Below, in pieces: positions 1 to 8,004 of a stretch of DNA of 64,000 nt. The notes beneath the pieces are model-generated. The model was not told the origin of the DNA and ran no database searches. It saw nothing but the letters and a program-made list of their open reading frames with translations. Position numbers and translations under genes: made by a program. The first letter of the stretch is position 1, and each line of letters starts with the position of its first letter. The DNA is from a virus: positions 1 to 64,000 of the IMG/VR virus record IMGVR_UViG_3300032291_003441; one strand, given 5' to 3'.

Positions 1-41
1 CCTTTCCAAAATGGTTTAATTTGTTGTTTATTGTTTGTCAT
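1..41 (-). CDS. Partial small ORF (5' end, MTNNKQQIKPFWK...), runs off the window edge
   Basis: ATG at 41 overlaps the end of ORF 28..282; its first 20 nt are identical to the start of that ORF. Confidence 0.5.
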   Translation of the reverse strand, partial: MTNNKQQIKPFWK

Positions 42-282
42 CGTCATCGTCTTCTTTATTGTTTAACGCATATATTATTTCATCTATTTCTTCTATTATC
101 CAATTGTATTGCCAAGGATTACTGTCTAATTGCTCTTTTAATCGCAATAGTTTCACTGCCGTTTGTTGTGTTTTATTTGTCATCATAAGTAGTGTTGTTT
201 TCAAATGTATTTCACTGTCCATTTGTTTTTGGCAAAGTTCAATGATAGAATCCACTGCCGTCTGTTGTTTATTGTTTGTCAT
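28..282 (-). CDS. Hypothetical protein with duplicated MTNxxQQTAV motif
   Basis: ORF track; TTG-N20-TATATT promoter at 313-344 directly upstream. Confidence 0.65.
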   Translation of the reverse strand: MTNNKQQTAVDSIIELCQKQMDSEIHLKTTLLMMTNKTQQTAVKLLRLKEQLDSNPWQYNWIIEEIDEIIYALNNKEDDDDDKQ

Positions 283-312
283 AACTTTTATTTTTATCTT
301 TTTTCTATGTCG

Positions 313-344
313 TTAATATACGAACCTTATTTTAAAAAGCCAAA
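313..344 (-). promoter_or_regulatory. Bacteroidota sigma70-like promoter TTTG-N20-TATATTAA
   Basis: Minus strand TTTG GCTTTTTAAAATAAGGTTCG TATATTAA; same 20-nt spacing at 10 other sites. Confidence 0.7.
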
Positions 345-345
345 T

Positions 346-984
346 TTATTCTAACTTTTTTTGAGATTTTTTGCTATTATTTTTTCTTGTAGTCCATGCT
401 AGATTTTCTGGTTTTGTAGCTTCATAAGGAGATAAACCTTCTTTAAAACATTGGGACCTTGGTTTGATATGATCTAATGTAGGATAGTCACCATGGCTAT
501 AATGTAGATTTAAATTATCTTTAATATAATCTCCACTAATATAATCATAACCATTCCAATTTTCTAACATTTGTTTTCTAATTTTTCTAGTCAACCAATC
601 ACATCTTTTCCAATATTGTTTCCATCCTGCTTTATCCCAATCAATAATATTTCCATTCTTTTTTCTAGTTTCAATTGCTTTATCAATACAATTTAAGGTC
701 CAATTTTTTCTCATTTTATTAGCTCTTTCAGCTAATTGGAGGTTTTGGGTATTTGTTTTCATCCATTCTCCTTGACATTTATTAGAACAAAAAATAGTTT
801 TATTATGTTTATGGGCACTATTAGGAAAATATCTAACATTTTTAAAACAATGAGAACAGGGAGTAAATTGTCTATCTCTAGCTCTTGCTATTTGTCTACA
901 ATTAGCAGAACAATATTTACTCCCACTCCCATTAGATTTATAATGTATTTTACATTCATTACATATTTGTTTATATCTACTCAT
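346..984 (-). CDS. HNH homing endonuclease with N-terminal Cys/Zn repeats
   Basis: CxxC..YCSxxC repeats; C-terminal TLDHIKP...N...N HNH motif. Confidence 0.75.
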   Translation of the reverse strand: MSRYKQICNECKIHYKSNGSGSKYCSANCRQIARARDRQFTPCSHCFKNVRYFPNSAHKHNKTIFCSNKCQGEWMKTNTQNLQLAERANKMRKNWTLNCIDKAIETRKKNGNIIDWDKAGWKQYWKRCDWLTRKIRKQMLENWNGYDYISGDYIKDNLNLHYSHGDYPTLDHIKPRSQCFKEGLSPYEATKPENLAWTTRKNNSKKSQKKLE

Positions 985-1029
985 ATATTAATAAATATAT
1001 GAGAATAAACTCCTTTTTATGTATTGTAA

Positions 1030-1818
1030 TCAGACGGCACGTCTTTGATCATAGCTTATGATATGATCTCTACCTGTCCAATTATAACCCATTTCAAATG
1101 CTTTTTCTAATGAAATTGGATATTGTTTAATTAATTCTTCTCTATTATCTCCAGCAGGCATCAACCAAGTTTTGTTTTTAGGAATATTCATTTCAACTCT
1201 AAACGCCTCAATTTCATCCATTGTAGCTTGAGTTCCATCATAAACTGGTTTGTAATGATAGTCAGTATGATAATCTAAAGTTTTACGAATTGCCTCTTTA
1301 TTTAACCTAAGCTTATTATGTTGGTCAATCATTTTCTGATCAACGAGTTTACCCATTGGAGTGGTAACGTCAAGACGAGGAACAGAATTACTAAACTTTG
1401 GAGATAAAGATACCAACCCAAATGGATAATCGGTTTCAATAAAGTGGCTACCTTCTGTTTCAATGGTTATACATATACCACGCTCATGAGCAAAATGAGT
1501 TAATTCATTACAAAGATCAGGAACCATTGTTGGTGAACCTCCTGTTAACATCATTTCAGTTATTTCAGGATTTTCATCATATATTTTAATGATGTCATTA
1601 AATGTAAAAATACCTTTTTCTGGATGGATACTTGTGTAAAATGAGTCACACCAACCTCCAGCACCGAACCAGCATCTATGTGTGCAACCTGTTGTTCTAA
1701 TAGCAACAGTAGGTCTACCTTGTCTACTTCCTTCTGATTGGATACAGGTGTAAACTTCTAATACGGGAAGTACTTTATTATAATCTTTTAGTCTTCCGGG
1801 TTTTTTATTTTCTTTCAT
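1030..1818 (-). CDS. queE: 7-carboxy-7-deazaguanine synthase (radical SAM)
   Basis: IQSEG, RTTGCTHRC..WCDS, LTGG, IETEG and SLSPK motifs; clustered with queD and queC. Confidence 0.9.
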   Translation of the reverse strand: MKENKKPGRLKDYNKVLPVLEVYTCIQSEGSRQGRPTVAIRTTGCTHRCWFGAGGWCDSFYTSIHPEKGIFTFNDIIKIYDENPEITEMMLTGGSPTMVPDLCNELTHFAHERGICITIETEGSHFIETDYPFGLVSLSPKFSNSVPRLDVTTPMGKLVDQKMIDQHNKLRLNKEAIRKTLDYHTDYHYKPVYDGTQATMDEIEAFRVEMNIPKNKTWLMPAGDNREELIKQYPISLEKAFEMGYNWTGRDHIISYDQRRAV

Positions 1819-2164
1819 ATTTTAAATATTGTTCAAATGTACTAATTTCTTTTTGTCTCTCCAAGTGATGATATTCAGTATGACAATTTCTACAAAGAGG
1901 TACACATTTTCTAATTTCTTTTTTTATACGTTCTATACTATAAGCATTGTACTGTAAATTTGTTACACCTATTTCTTTTGTTTTAGGATCTAAATGATGA
2001 AATTCTATTAAATACCATATTTTTAATTCACATTTTAAACAATGTAATCTTTTACGTACACGAGTTATAAATTCTTTATTTCTTTTTTCGTATGCTTTTT
2101 TGTGTTTTTTTGCTTTAGCACTATTTTCAGCATAGTACTTAGCGTGATATTCTTGTGTTCCCAT
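1805..2164 (-). CDS. Small HNH endonuclease
   Basis: CLKC..EFHHLDP..K..KCVPLCRNCH motif; start moved to ATG 2164 just after the motif at 2168-2176. Confidence 0.75.
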   Translation of the reverse strand: MGTQEYHAKYYAENSAKAKKHKKAYEKRNKEFITRVRKRLHCLKCELKIWYLIEFHHLDPKTKEIGVTNLQYNAYSIERIKKEIRKCVPLCRNCHTEYHHLERQKEISTFEQYLKYERK

Positions 2165-2211
2165 GATTATAAATATTAAGGGGGTTTCCAAAATGCTGGT
2201 CCCCCTTAAAA

Positions 2212-2685
2212 TTATTCTTGGTAAATACTAGAGTTTTTATCTGCTTCCCAACACTCTACTTTAGTTACTTTAACTCGACCGCCTCCTGATTTGGAAAATA
2301 CGTCATTGAATTTGTCATAAACCATTTTAGCTGCTGATTCGGCTCCAATTTTATCCATTACTCTTAAATGGCATACTGTTGGATTCATTGATTCAAATAA
2401 ATCTAAATATGGATCATCTTTTTCAATTAATAAAGTATGGTCCCACATATAATCCATCCAGTCTTTTAAACCATTTCCTACAGGAACAGATTTAAACCCA
2501 CCGTAATCTTGAATCCAGTTCATTTCATCTAACTGGTTTTCCTCTAGTGGTTCTACGGATTCAAACCATACTTTAAATTTTAAAGCATAACCGTGTAATA
2601 ACTGACAGTGTGAGTGTTGTGCTTTCCACTGTCTAATAGCAACTGAATAGTTGTCGAATAGTTTTGTTGATTGATATTTACCCAT
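2212..2685 (-). CDS. queD: 6-carboxy-5,6,7,8-tetrahydropterin synthase
   Basis: HCQLLHGY, WDHT, GAE and C-terminal WEADKNS T-fold motifs. Confidence 0.9.
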   Translation of the reverse strand: MGKYQSTKLFDNYSVAIRQWKAQHSHCQLLHGYALKFKVWFESVEPLEENQLDEMNWIQDYGGFKSVPVGNGLKDWMDYMWDHTLLIEKDDPYLDLFESMNPTVCHLRVMDKIGAESAAKMVYDKFNDVFSKSGGGRVKVTKVECWEADKNSSIYQE

Positions 2686-2923
2686 TTATAAATTGCATTA
2701 CTTGTTCATATGATCTTGCACCTGTGAATCTACGAACCTCTTGTCCATTTTCCACGAGTATTACAGTAGGAACACTTCCTACATTTGCACCACGGGCTCT
2801 ATCCATTTCATAATCAATATTAACCTTTTCAACACGTACCTGTTTGCTTATTTTATCCATAATAGGACCTAATACTTGGCAAGGTTCACACCAAGGAGCT
2901 GTAAAATAAAATATTTGTTTCAT
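2678..2923 (-). CDS. Thioredoxin
   Basis: WCEPC active site and SVPT cis-Pro motif. Confidence 0.9.
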   Translation of the reverse strand: MKQIFYFTAPWCEPCQVLGPIMDKISKQVRVEKVNIDYEMDRARGANVGSVPTVILVENGQEVRRFTGARSYEQVMQFING

Positions 2924-3141
2924 ACTAATTCTTCTATAATTCCTATAAGTTCACTGATAACTAAAATAGTTACTCCAAGGCCAATACCAAAAGGTAAAGC
3001 AAGGTAACCTGTAATTCTAACAGCTGATTTTAAAAAGCTGACTAATTGATGATTTTTAGGATCAGGGATATTTTTAAAATCAATTTCTTTATGTGGTTCT
3101 TGCCACACATTTTTTTTAGGTTGTACTTTCTTAGTTTCCAT
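2920..3141 (-). CDS. Small membrane protein
   Basis: Hydrophobic C-terminal half; overlaps neighbours as in a coupled operon. Confidence 0.7.
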   Translation of the reverse strand: METKKVQPKKNVWQEPHKEIDFKNIPDPKNHQLVSFLKSAVRITGYLALPFGIGLGVTILVISELIGIIEELV

Positions 3142-3343
3142 AAATTTCTTCTTCGTTAATTAATTCTGCTCCCCTATTTTCCTCTAGGAGTATAGAGGTG
3201 TTTTCAACATAGAGGGGTTTAGCTTGTTGCCAATTATAGGACCACTGAGTGTATCCTCTAATTAGTCCCGTGTATACTTCCCCCTCCCTGTTGATAACAA
3301 CATACATTGGTTTTTTAGATATTAGTCGTTTTGGCGTCCTCAT
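3131..3343 (-). CDS. Hypothetical protein
   Basis: ORF packed between queC and the next gene. Confidence 0.6.
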   Translation of the reverse strand: MRTPKRLISKKPMYVVINREGEVYTGLIRGYTQWSYNWQQAKPLYVENTSILLEENRGAELINEEEIYGN

Positions 3344-4196
3344 AATTTTCTAACACGGAAGATACGAACTCTTTTACGTATTCCCAAGTTACTGGTCCAA
3401 ACTCGTCAGCATATTGTACAGGATCTTTACGACCTAGTTTCATAAATGCCTCTACTCGTTCAACAGATGAGGCTGATTTATAATCACTAAACCATTCTTC
3501 TGATTCAACTGTATCTTCACCTTCATTGTAGTAAACTTTTAATTTGATTGGTTTGTAAGATGTATTTGTTTTAGCATACACTTTATCAAAATTTAAGTGA
3601 AGGTAAGTACAGCATTTTTCACCATCCTTTAAAATATCAAATTTATCACCTAACAGATAAGGAGTATAAAGATATACTTTTTCAGAACCCCAATTACCTA
3701 ATTTAAAGGCCTCAAAATCAGCATCTCTAAATTCTTGTCTACAATCCATATAAATTTGATGATCACCGGCATGTATCCCCATAGCGATAGCACAATTTTT
3801 ACCTGTTTGTTCTGCAATGGATAGAGCAGCCGCTTGAATAATTGAACTAAAGATTTTATTACGATTAGGAACAACTGTTGCTTTCATATTGTCTTCAGCA
3901 TAGTGTCCTTCAGGAACATCATTACCACCCTTTACAAGTGCTGAGTTAAGTAATTTATCCAGTCCTTTTAAAGTAATGGTTTGGTGTTTTACTTTAGCAT
4001 AGTATTGTTCATCCTCATAACGAGAATGAGCATTCAAATACTTTACTAATTCTTTAGCACGTTGTAATTCTACATTGTGTTTTTGTCCGTAATCAAAAGA
4101 CAAACATGTTACTTCATAGCCCTCGGCAAGTAGATGAAGCAGTAGGGTGGAACTATCCATTCCACCACTTAACGATAATACTGCTTTTTTTGTCAT
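3315..4196 (-). CDS. queC: 7-cyano-7-deazaguanine (preQ0) synthase
   Basis: SLSGGMDS PP-loop, FDYGQKH, VPNRN, GIHAGD..YMDCR. Confidence 0.92.
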   Translation of the reverse strand: MTKKAVLSLSGGMDSSTLLLHLLAEGYEVTCLSFDYGQKHNVELQRAKELVKYLNAHSRYEDEQYYAKVKHQTITLKGLDKLLNSALVKGGNDVPEGHYAEDNMKATVVPNRNKIFSSIIQAAALSIAEQTGKNCAIAMGIHAGDHQIYMDCRQEFRDADFEAFKLGNWGSEKVYLYTPYLLGDKFDILKDGEKCCTYLHLNFDKVYAKTNTSYKPIKLKVYYNEGEDTVESEEWFSDYKSASSVERVEAFMKLGRKDPVQYADEFGPVTWEYVKEFVSSVLENYEDAKTTNI

Positions 4197-4546
4197 TAGA
4201 ATGATACTGAATAAATGGTTCTAATAGACAAATCAGACATTTCATACTCAGCTAAATCTTTATCTCTAGCTACTTGAAAGTCTACTGACTGTCCGTTTTT
4301 AGTTTCTACCCAAAGTTCTTTAATGAACTCGGTTTTTGTGATTTTGTCATCTTCGTCTCTTGTGACTTTGAAAACTGCTACTTTGTTTTGCATAATTTGT
4401 TTTGATGTTGATTGTGTAAAATTGATTGGGTTTGAAAGTGATAATGTGCTTGTTGATACTGAAGTTCCAGAACTAAATAGTCTAAGATCAGTACCTGATG
4501 TTGGGATGTAAGGTGTTGATGTTCCTGTTGATGTAAATGTTTCCAT
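4196..4546 (-). CDS. Hypothetical protein
   Basis: ORF abutting queC; promoter at 4568-4599. Confidence 0.6.
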   Translation of the reverse strand: METFTSTGTSTPYIPTSGTDLRLFSSGTSVSTSTLSLSNPINFTQSTSKQIMQNKVAVFKVTRDEDDKITKTEFIKELWVETKNGQSVDFQVARDKDLAEYEMSDLSIRTIYSVSF

Positions 4547-4547
4547 A

Positions 4548-4685
4548 TTATAATTTTGTTTTATTTGCTAATCTACGTAACTGTTCTAAATTAGACAAGC
4601 TTAGGCGAAAACGATTTTCCCAAATAGCATCTAATAACTTTTTAATTTCAGCCTCGTAAGCTGGATTGATATCTACTGGACTCAT
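4548..4685 (-). CDS. Small 45-aa hypothetical protein not in the ORF track (MSPVDINPAYEAEIKKLLDAIWENRFRLSLSNLEQLRRLANKTKL)
   Basis: Read by hand; ATGA overlap with upstream stop, fills the gap exactly. Confidence 0.65.
   Translation of the reverse strand: MSPVDINPAYEAEIKKLLDAIWENRFRLSLSNLEQLRRLANKTKL
4568..4599 (-). promoter_or_regulatory. Host-sigma-type promoter CTTG-N20-TAGATTAG (upstream of the queC operon)
   Basis: Variant of the repeated motif with the same spacing. Confidence 0.45.
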
Positions 4686-4924
4686 AGGAAAAGACCCATT
4701 ATTAAATCCATTTCTTTTTCCCCAAAATTACTTTGACCAGTACTAAAATAACCAATCAACCAATTTTCAGGATACATCATAATCTTTCCTTTGTAAGCTT
4801 GGGTAGTTACTTCTTTAGTTTTAACGGGGATTTTAGATGCACTAGCTGCTCTAAATACTTGATTTCCTAAATCACTACCTGCAGGTTTGCCTAGGTAGTC
4901 ATACAATGACATAAATTTTTCCAT
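4682..4924 (-). CDS. Hypothetical protein
   Basis: ORF track; fits operon packing. Confidence 0.65.
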   Translation of the reverse strand: MEKFMSLYDYLGKPAGSDLGNQVFRAASASKIPVKTKEVTTQAYKGKIMMYPENWLIGYFSTGQSNFGEKEMDLIMGLFL

Positions 4925-4936
4925 AGTTTTATATTT

Positions 4937-5713
4937 TTATTTTAATAATTTTCTAAACATTCGTAGATTCCAATCCAACAAATTATAATCTATTTCTGTT
5001 GTATAAAAGTGATCATTCATATTAGCTTTTGGTTTTTCTGTTAAACCATTATGTCCATACTGAATACCATCTAAAGTAGCCATAATAGGATTTGAGGTAT
5101 CAATTGTTTCTATAAAAGGCATATCCTTATATAAACTGAATTCTTGAGGTACTTGACATCCTAGTAAATGTACTCTATCTTTATCAGCAATTAATCCTAT
5201 ATGATACATTCTACCTATTACCTCAATCCTACCTAATGCTTTAGCTATATTTTCATTAGGATGATTAGAATGATCTAAATAGTACTCGGCTCCATAAGAA
5301 AATGCAATCTTTTTATAACCTAAGTCTTTGTATGTTTGATAACACAAAACAGCATCTAAAAAGTTTTGAGCTTGAACAACTGCTACTTTAGTAACACCTT
5401 TAGGTAATTTAATTTGAGCCCATTTTCTAGCATTAACAATAGAGGCATTTGTATCTTGCCAAACATCAGGAACAATAAATTCATTTGGTTTTAATTCGTT
5501 AACCCAATATAATAAGCCTGAATCGTGGTATGCTTCTCCAAGTTCATGGAGGGAATTATCTAAAATAATATAACGACCTTGTTGTTTAGCTTTCATAAAG
5601 AAATCAACATAATCTTTATCTTTATCTAATAAATGAACTAAACAATAGTCATAATCATTAAAATCTAGACTATCTTCTAACAAACATAAAGGAACTTCGT
5701 GAGATAATTTCAT
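4937..5713 (-). CDS. TGT-fold protein, candidate DpdA-type 7-deazaguanine DNA transglycosylase
   Basis: ILDNS, IVPDV, AVVQ, VHLLG, IDTSNP motifs in TGT order; upstream of queC/D/E; start moved to ATG 5713. Confidence 0.6.
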   Translation of the reverse strand: MKLSHEVPLCLLEDSLDFNDYDYCLVHLLDKDKDYVDFFMKAKQQGRYIILDNSLHELGEAYHDSGLLYWVNELKPNEFIVPDVWQDTNASIVNARKWAQIKLPKGVTKVAVVQAQNFLDAVLCYQTYKDLGYKKIAFSYGAEYYLDHSNHPNENIAKALGRIEVIGRMYHIGLIADKDRVHLLGCQVPQEFSLYKDMPFIETIDTSNPIMATLDGIQYGHNGLTEKPKANMNDHFYTTEIDYNLLDWNLRMFRKLLK

Positions 5714-5717
5714 AACC

Positions 5718-5749
5718 GGAATATAATAATAAATATTTGATTTCCCCAA
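5718..5749 (-). promoter_or_regulatory. Host-sigma-type promoter TTGG-N20-TATATTCC
   Basis: Repeated motif variant just upstream of ATG 5713. Confidence 0.5.
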
Positions 5750-6262
5750 TTAAAATTCGGGAACAGGTCTAATTTTTGGTAAATTTCTTGATTCTCTATA
5801 TGCCTCTAAAAACTCAGTTATGGTTCCCTCGAACGATTCAAACATGTCTTTGATTTGTTCTTCAGTCCCACCAAAATTTATTTTAACATCTTTGACAAAC
5901 GTGGTCCAACGATTCAGTTCATCACGTTCTGCATCATTCAGTAAACGTTTGCGACGCTCCCAATATAATTTTGTGATTTGACGTTCTTGCCAGTCAATAT
6001 TTTCATGAGAACCGGTGTAATTGGCTTTGTATTTGGCAATTTCCTGTTCTTCGAACCAAAACTCATATTCTCGTTGTTTGTAATAAGGAGTAACATCATA
6101 ATCGCCATTTTTAACTTTATTCCAAATAGAGGCCATCTTAGACAATGTTTTATGCTCTTGATAACGCCTCCACCAAAAAAACTTGTTGTAGGTTTTGTTT
6201 GGTTTTGGAGGTGTGGGGTCATGAGTAGCTTTCCACTTTAAACAATCTTGAACCATGCTCAT
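5750..6262 (-). CDS. Hypothetical protein
   Basis: ORF track; coupled to the upstream ORF. Confidence 0.7.
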   Translation of the reverse strand: MSMVQDCLKWKATHDPTPPKPNKTYNKFFWWRRYQEHKTLSKMASIWNKVKNGDYDVTPYYKQREYEFWFEEQEIAKYKANYTGSHENIDWQERQITKLYWERRKRLLNDAERDELNRWTTFVKDVKINFGGTEEQIKDMFESFEGTITEFLEAYRESRNLPKIRPVPEF

Positions 6263-6489
6263 ATACCTTGCTCCCTTCTTAAATCAGATTCTTCTTTATC
6301 GGCCTCAGAATATACATTGATATTCAAATAACGACCATTACCAAGATTATTCAAATACTGAAATGCTTCTTCTGCATCCCATTCTTTACAAAAATCATAC
6401 TCCTCTTGATTAAGGATTTCAGTAAACGACATAATCGCGTTGTAACGAACTAACTCTTGTTCTGCTTGATAAATTTCTTCGATGTTCAT
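6259..6489 (-). CDS. Hypothetical protein
   Basis: ORF downstream of the promoter at 6509-6540. Confidence 0.7.
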   Translation of the reverse strand: MNIEEIYQAEQELVRYNAIMSFTEILNQEEYDFCKEWDAEEAFQYLNNLGNGRYLNINVYSEADKEESDLRREQGI

Positions 6490-6508
6490 AACCTTTATTT
6501 CTATACCG

Positions 6509-6540
6509 TGAATATACGAACAATCCTTCAGGGAGCCAAA
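6509..6540 (-). promoter_or_regulatory. Host-sigma-type promoter TTTG-N20-TATATTCA
   Basis: Minus strand TTTG GCTCCCTGAAGGATTGTTCG TATATTCA. Confidence 0.7.
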
Positions 6541-6555
6541 TCCCTCGCAAAGTTT

Positions 6556-7779
6556 TTAAAAAATTGTTATTGTATCGTCTTGTTTATGCTGGAATTGTTT
6601 TGCTAGTAAATCTTTTAATTTATTTACTTCTTCTAAGGCTTCCATTTTTTTACCATGTTCGGCACCTGTAAAACTATTAGTTACACTTTTTAATCGTTCT
6701 AATGATTCATTAAATTGATTTAATTTTAAAGCATTTTCATAGTCTAAATTTGCTGCTTTTGATTCTTCTTCATCTATTATACCATCATCATTAGTATCAG
6801 CATTATCAAACACTTGTTGTAATTCTTCTGCCTCTACAATACCATCACCATCTAAATCTAAATTATTTTTTTGATAATATTCTTTATCTTGTTCCTTATA
6901 GATCTCGTATTGTTTGTCTTCATCATCTTCCCATCTATCTAAATCAGCTTCTAACCATTCTCCATCTTCTTCAGTTAATTCGTCTATAGGCGTTTTACGT
7001 AATTGGGCAAAAGCAAAGTTAGCGGCTATGACAAGAGCAATAGCTAATGGATCAAATACAAATATAATAACTAATATATACCAGTTAATTATTCTGTCCA
7101 TAGCAACACCTGTAAGAGCACTTAAATATTTTAAGGGACCTAATTCACTTTCACCAATAGCGGTAGTTTTAACCTCTAATATTTTAGATTCAATTGAAAA
7201 AATAGAATCGTTTACTATATCTAATTTAGATGATAATTTTTCATCTGATTTAGAGGCATTTTCAATTTGTTTAATGGAGGCATTATTAGATCTCACTACT
7301 AGATTACCTTTACGATCTGTAAATTGGGTAGTAGAACCTTTAGATAAAGTACCTTTTAATTCTGATAAGGATTGTTTTTCTTGAAGAATGCCTGCCCTAG
7401 TATTTTCGTAAAGTTTCTTTTTAGTTTCTAAAGATGATACTTTAGAATCAATAATAGAGGTTTGGTCTGCTGTTTTTTGGTAAGCAGAAGATAAATAACC
7501 ATAAATACCTGCTGATGTTATTAAAATTAATATTAAAGCAGCTATAGTTAAATATACTCTTAAAATTTTATTTAATTTATCCCAATATTGATATAACAAA
7601 GAGGCAATTACTAATTTTGCTACTTCTAAAGAGGCGGCCATAATCATTACAGCGGTACTAGCCCCAGCAAATAACATGCTGAGACCAGTAACACTATAAA
7701 CGGCTGCAGATGCACTTACAGATAAAGCCGAAAGTGCAATAATTAAGGGAAATACCCTTGCTTTAATTTTTTCAAACAT
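6556..7779 (-). CDS. Multi-pass membrane protein with coiled coil and C-terminal EF-hand-like pair
   Basis: Three N-terminal hydrophobic segments, coiled coil, a fourth TM, then DLDGDGIVEAEE and DTNDDGIIDEEE loops. Confidence 0.75.
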   Translation of the reverse strand: MFEKIKARVFPLIIALSALSVSASAAVYSVTGLSMLFAGASTAVMIMAASLEVAKLVIASLLYQYWDKLNKILRVYLTIAALILILITSAGIYGYLSSAYQKTADQTSIIDSKVSSLETKKKLYENTRAGILQEKQSLSELKGTLSKGSTTQFTDRKGNLVVRSNNASIKQIENASKSDEKLSSKLDIVNDSIFSIESKILEVKTTAIGESELGPLKYLSALTGVAMDRIINWYILVIIFVFDPLAIALVIAANFAFAQLRKTPIDELTEEDGEWLEADLDRWEDDEDKQYEIYKEQDKEYYQKNNLDLDGDGIVEAEELQQVFDNADTNDDGIIDEEESKAANLDYENALKLNQFNESLERLKSVTNSFTGAEHGKKMEALEEVNKLKDLLAKQFQHKQDDTITIF

Positions 7780-7806
7780 AGTTTTAAAAATTAAGCTGGT
7801 GAGAGC

Positions 7807-7992
7807 TTATTTGCTCTCACCTGTGCTTTTTTTCTTTTTGTAATACTTGCGTTTTGGTTTTGTTTTAGGAGCCGGAGCTTCTTGAGTAGCTACCATTTCC
7901 TGGATTGTAGGTTTTACTTCTACAGGAGAAGGAGCTTTAACTACTTTGCTTTTACCGAAAATCAAGTTTCTTAGTTTTTGTATAAGATTCAT
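7807..7992 (-). CDS. Small basic hypothetical protein
   Basis: Lys-rich C-terminus; ATATTTATA motif at 7996-8004. Confidence 0.65.
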   Translation of the reverse strand: MNLIQKLRNLIFGKSKVVKAPSPVEVKPTIQEMVATQEAPAPKTKPKRKYYKKKKSTGESK

Positions 7993-8004
7993 AATTATAA
8001 ATAT

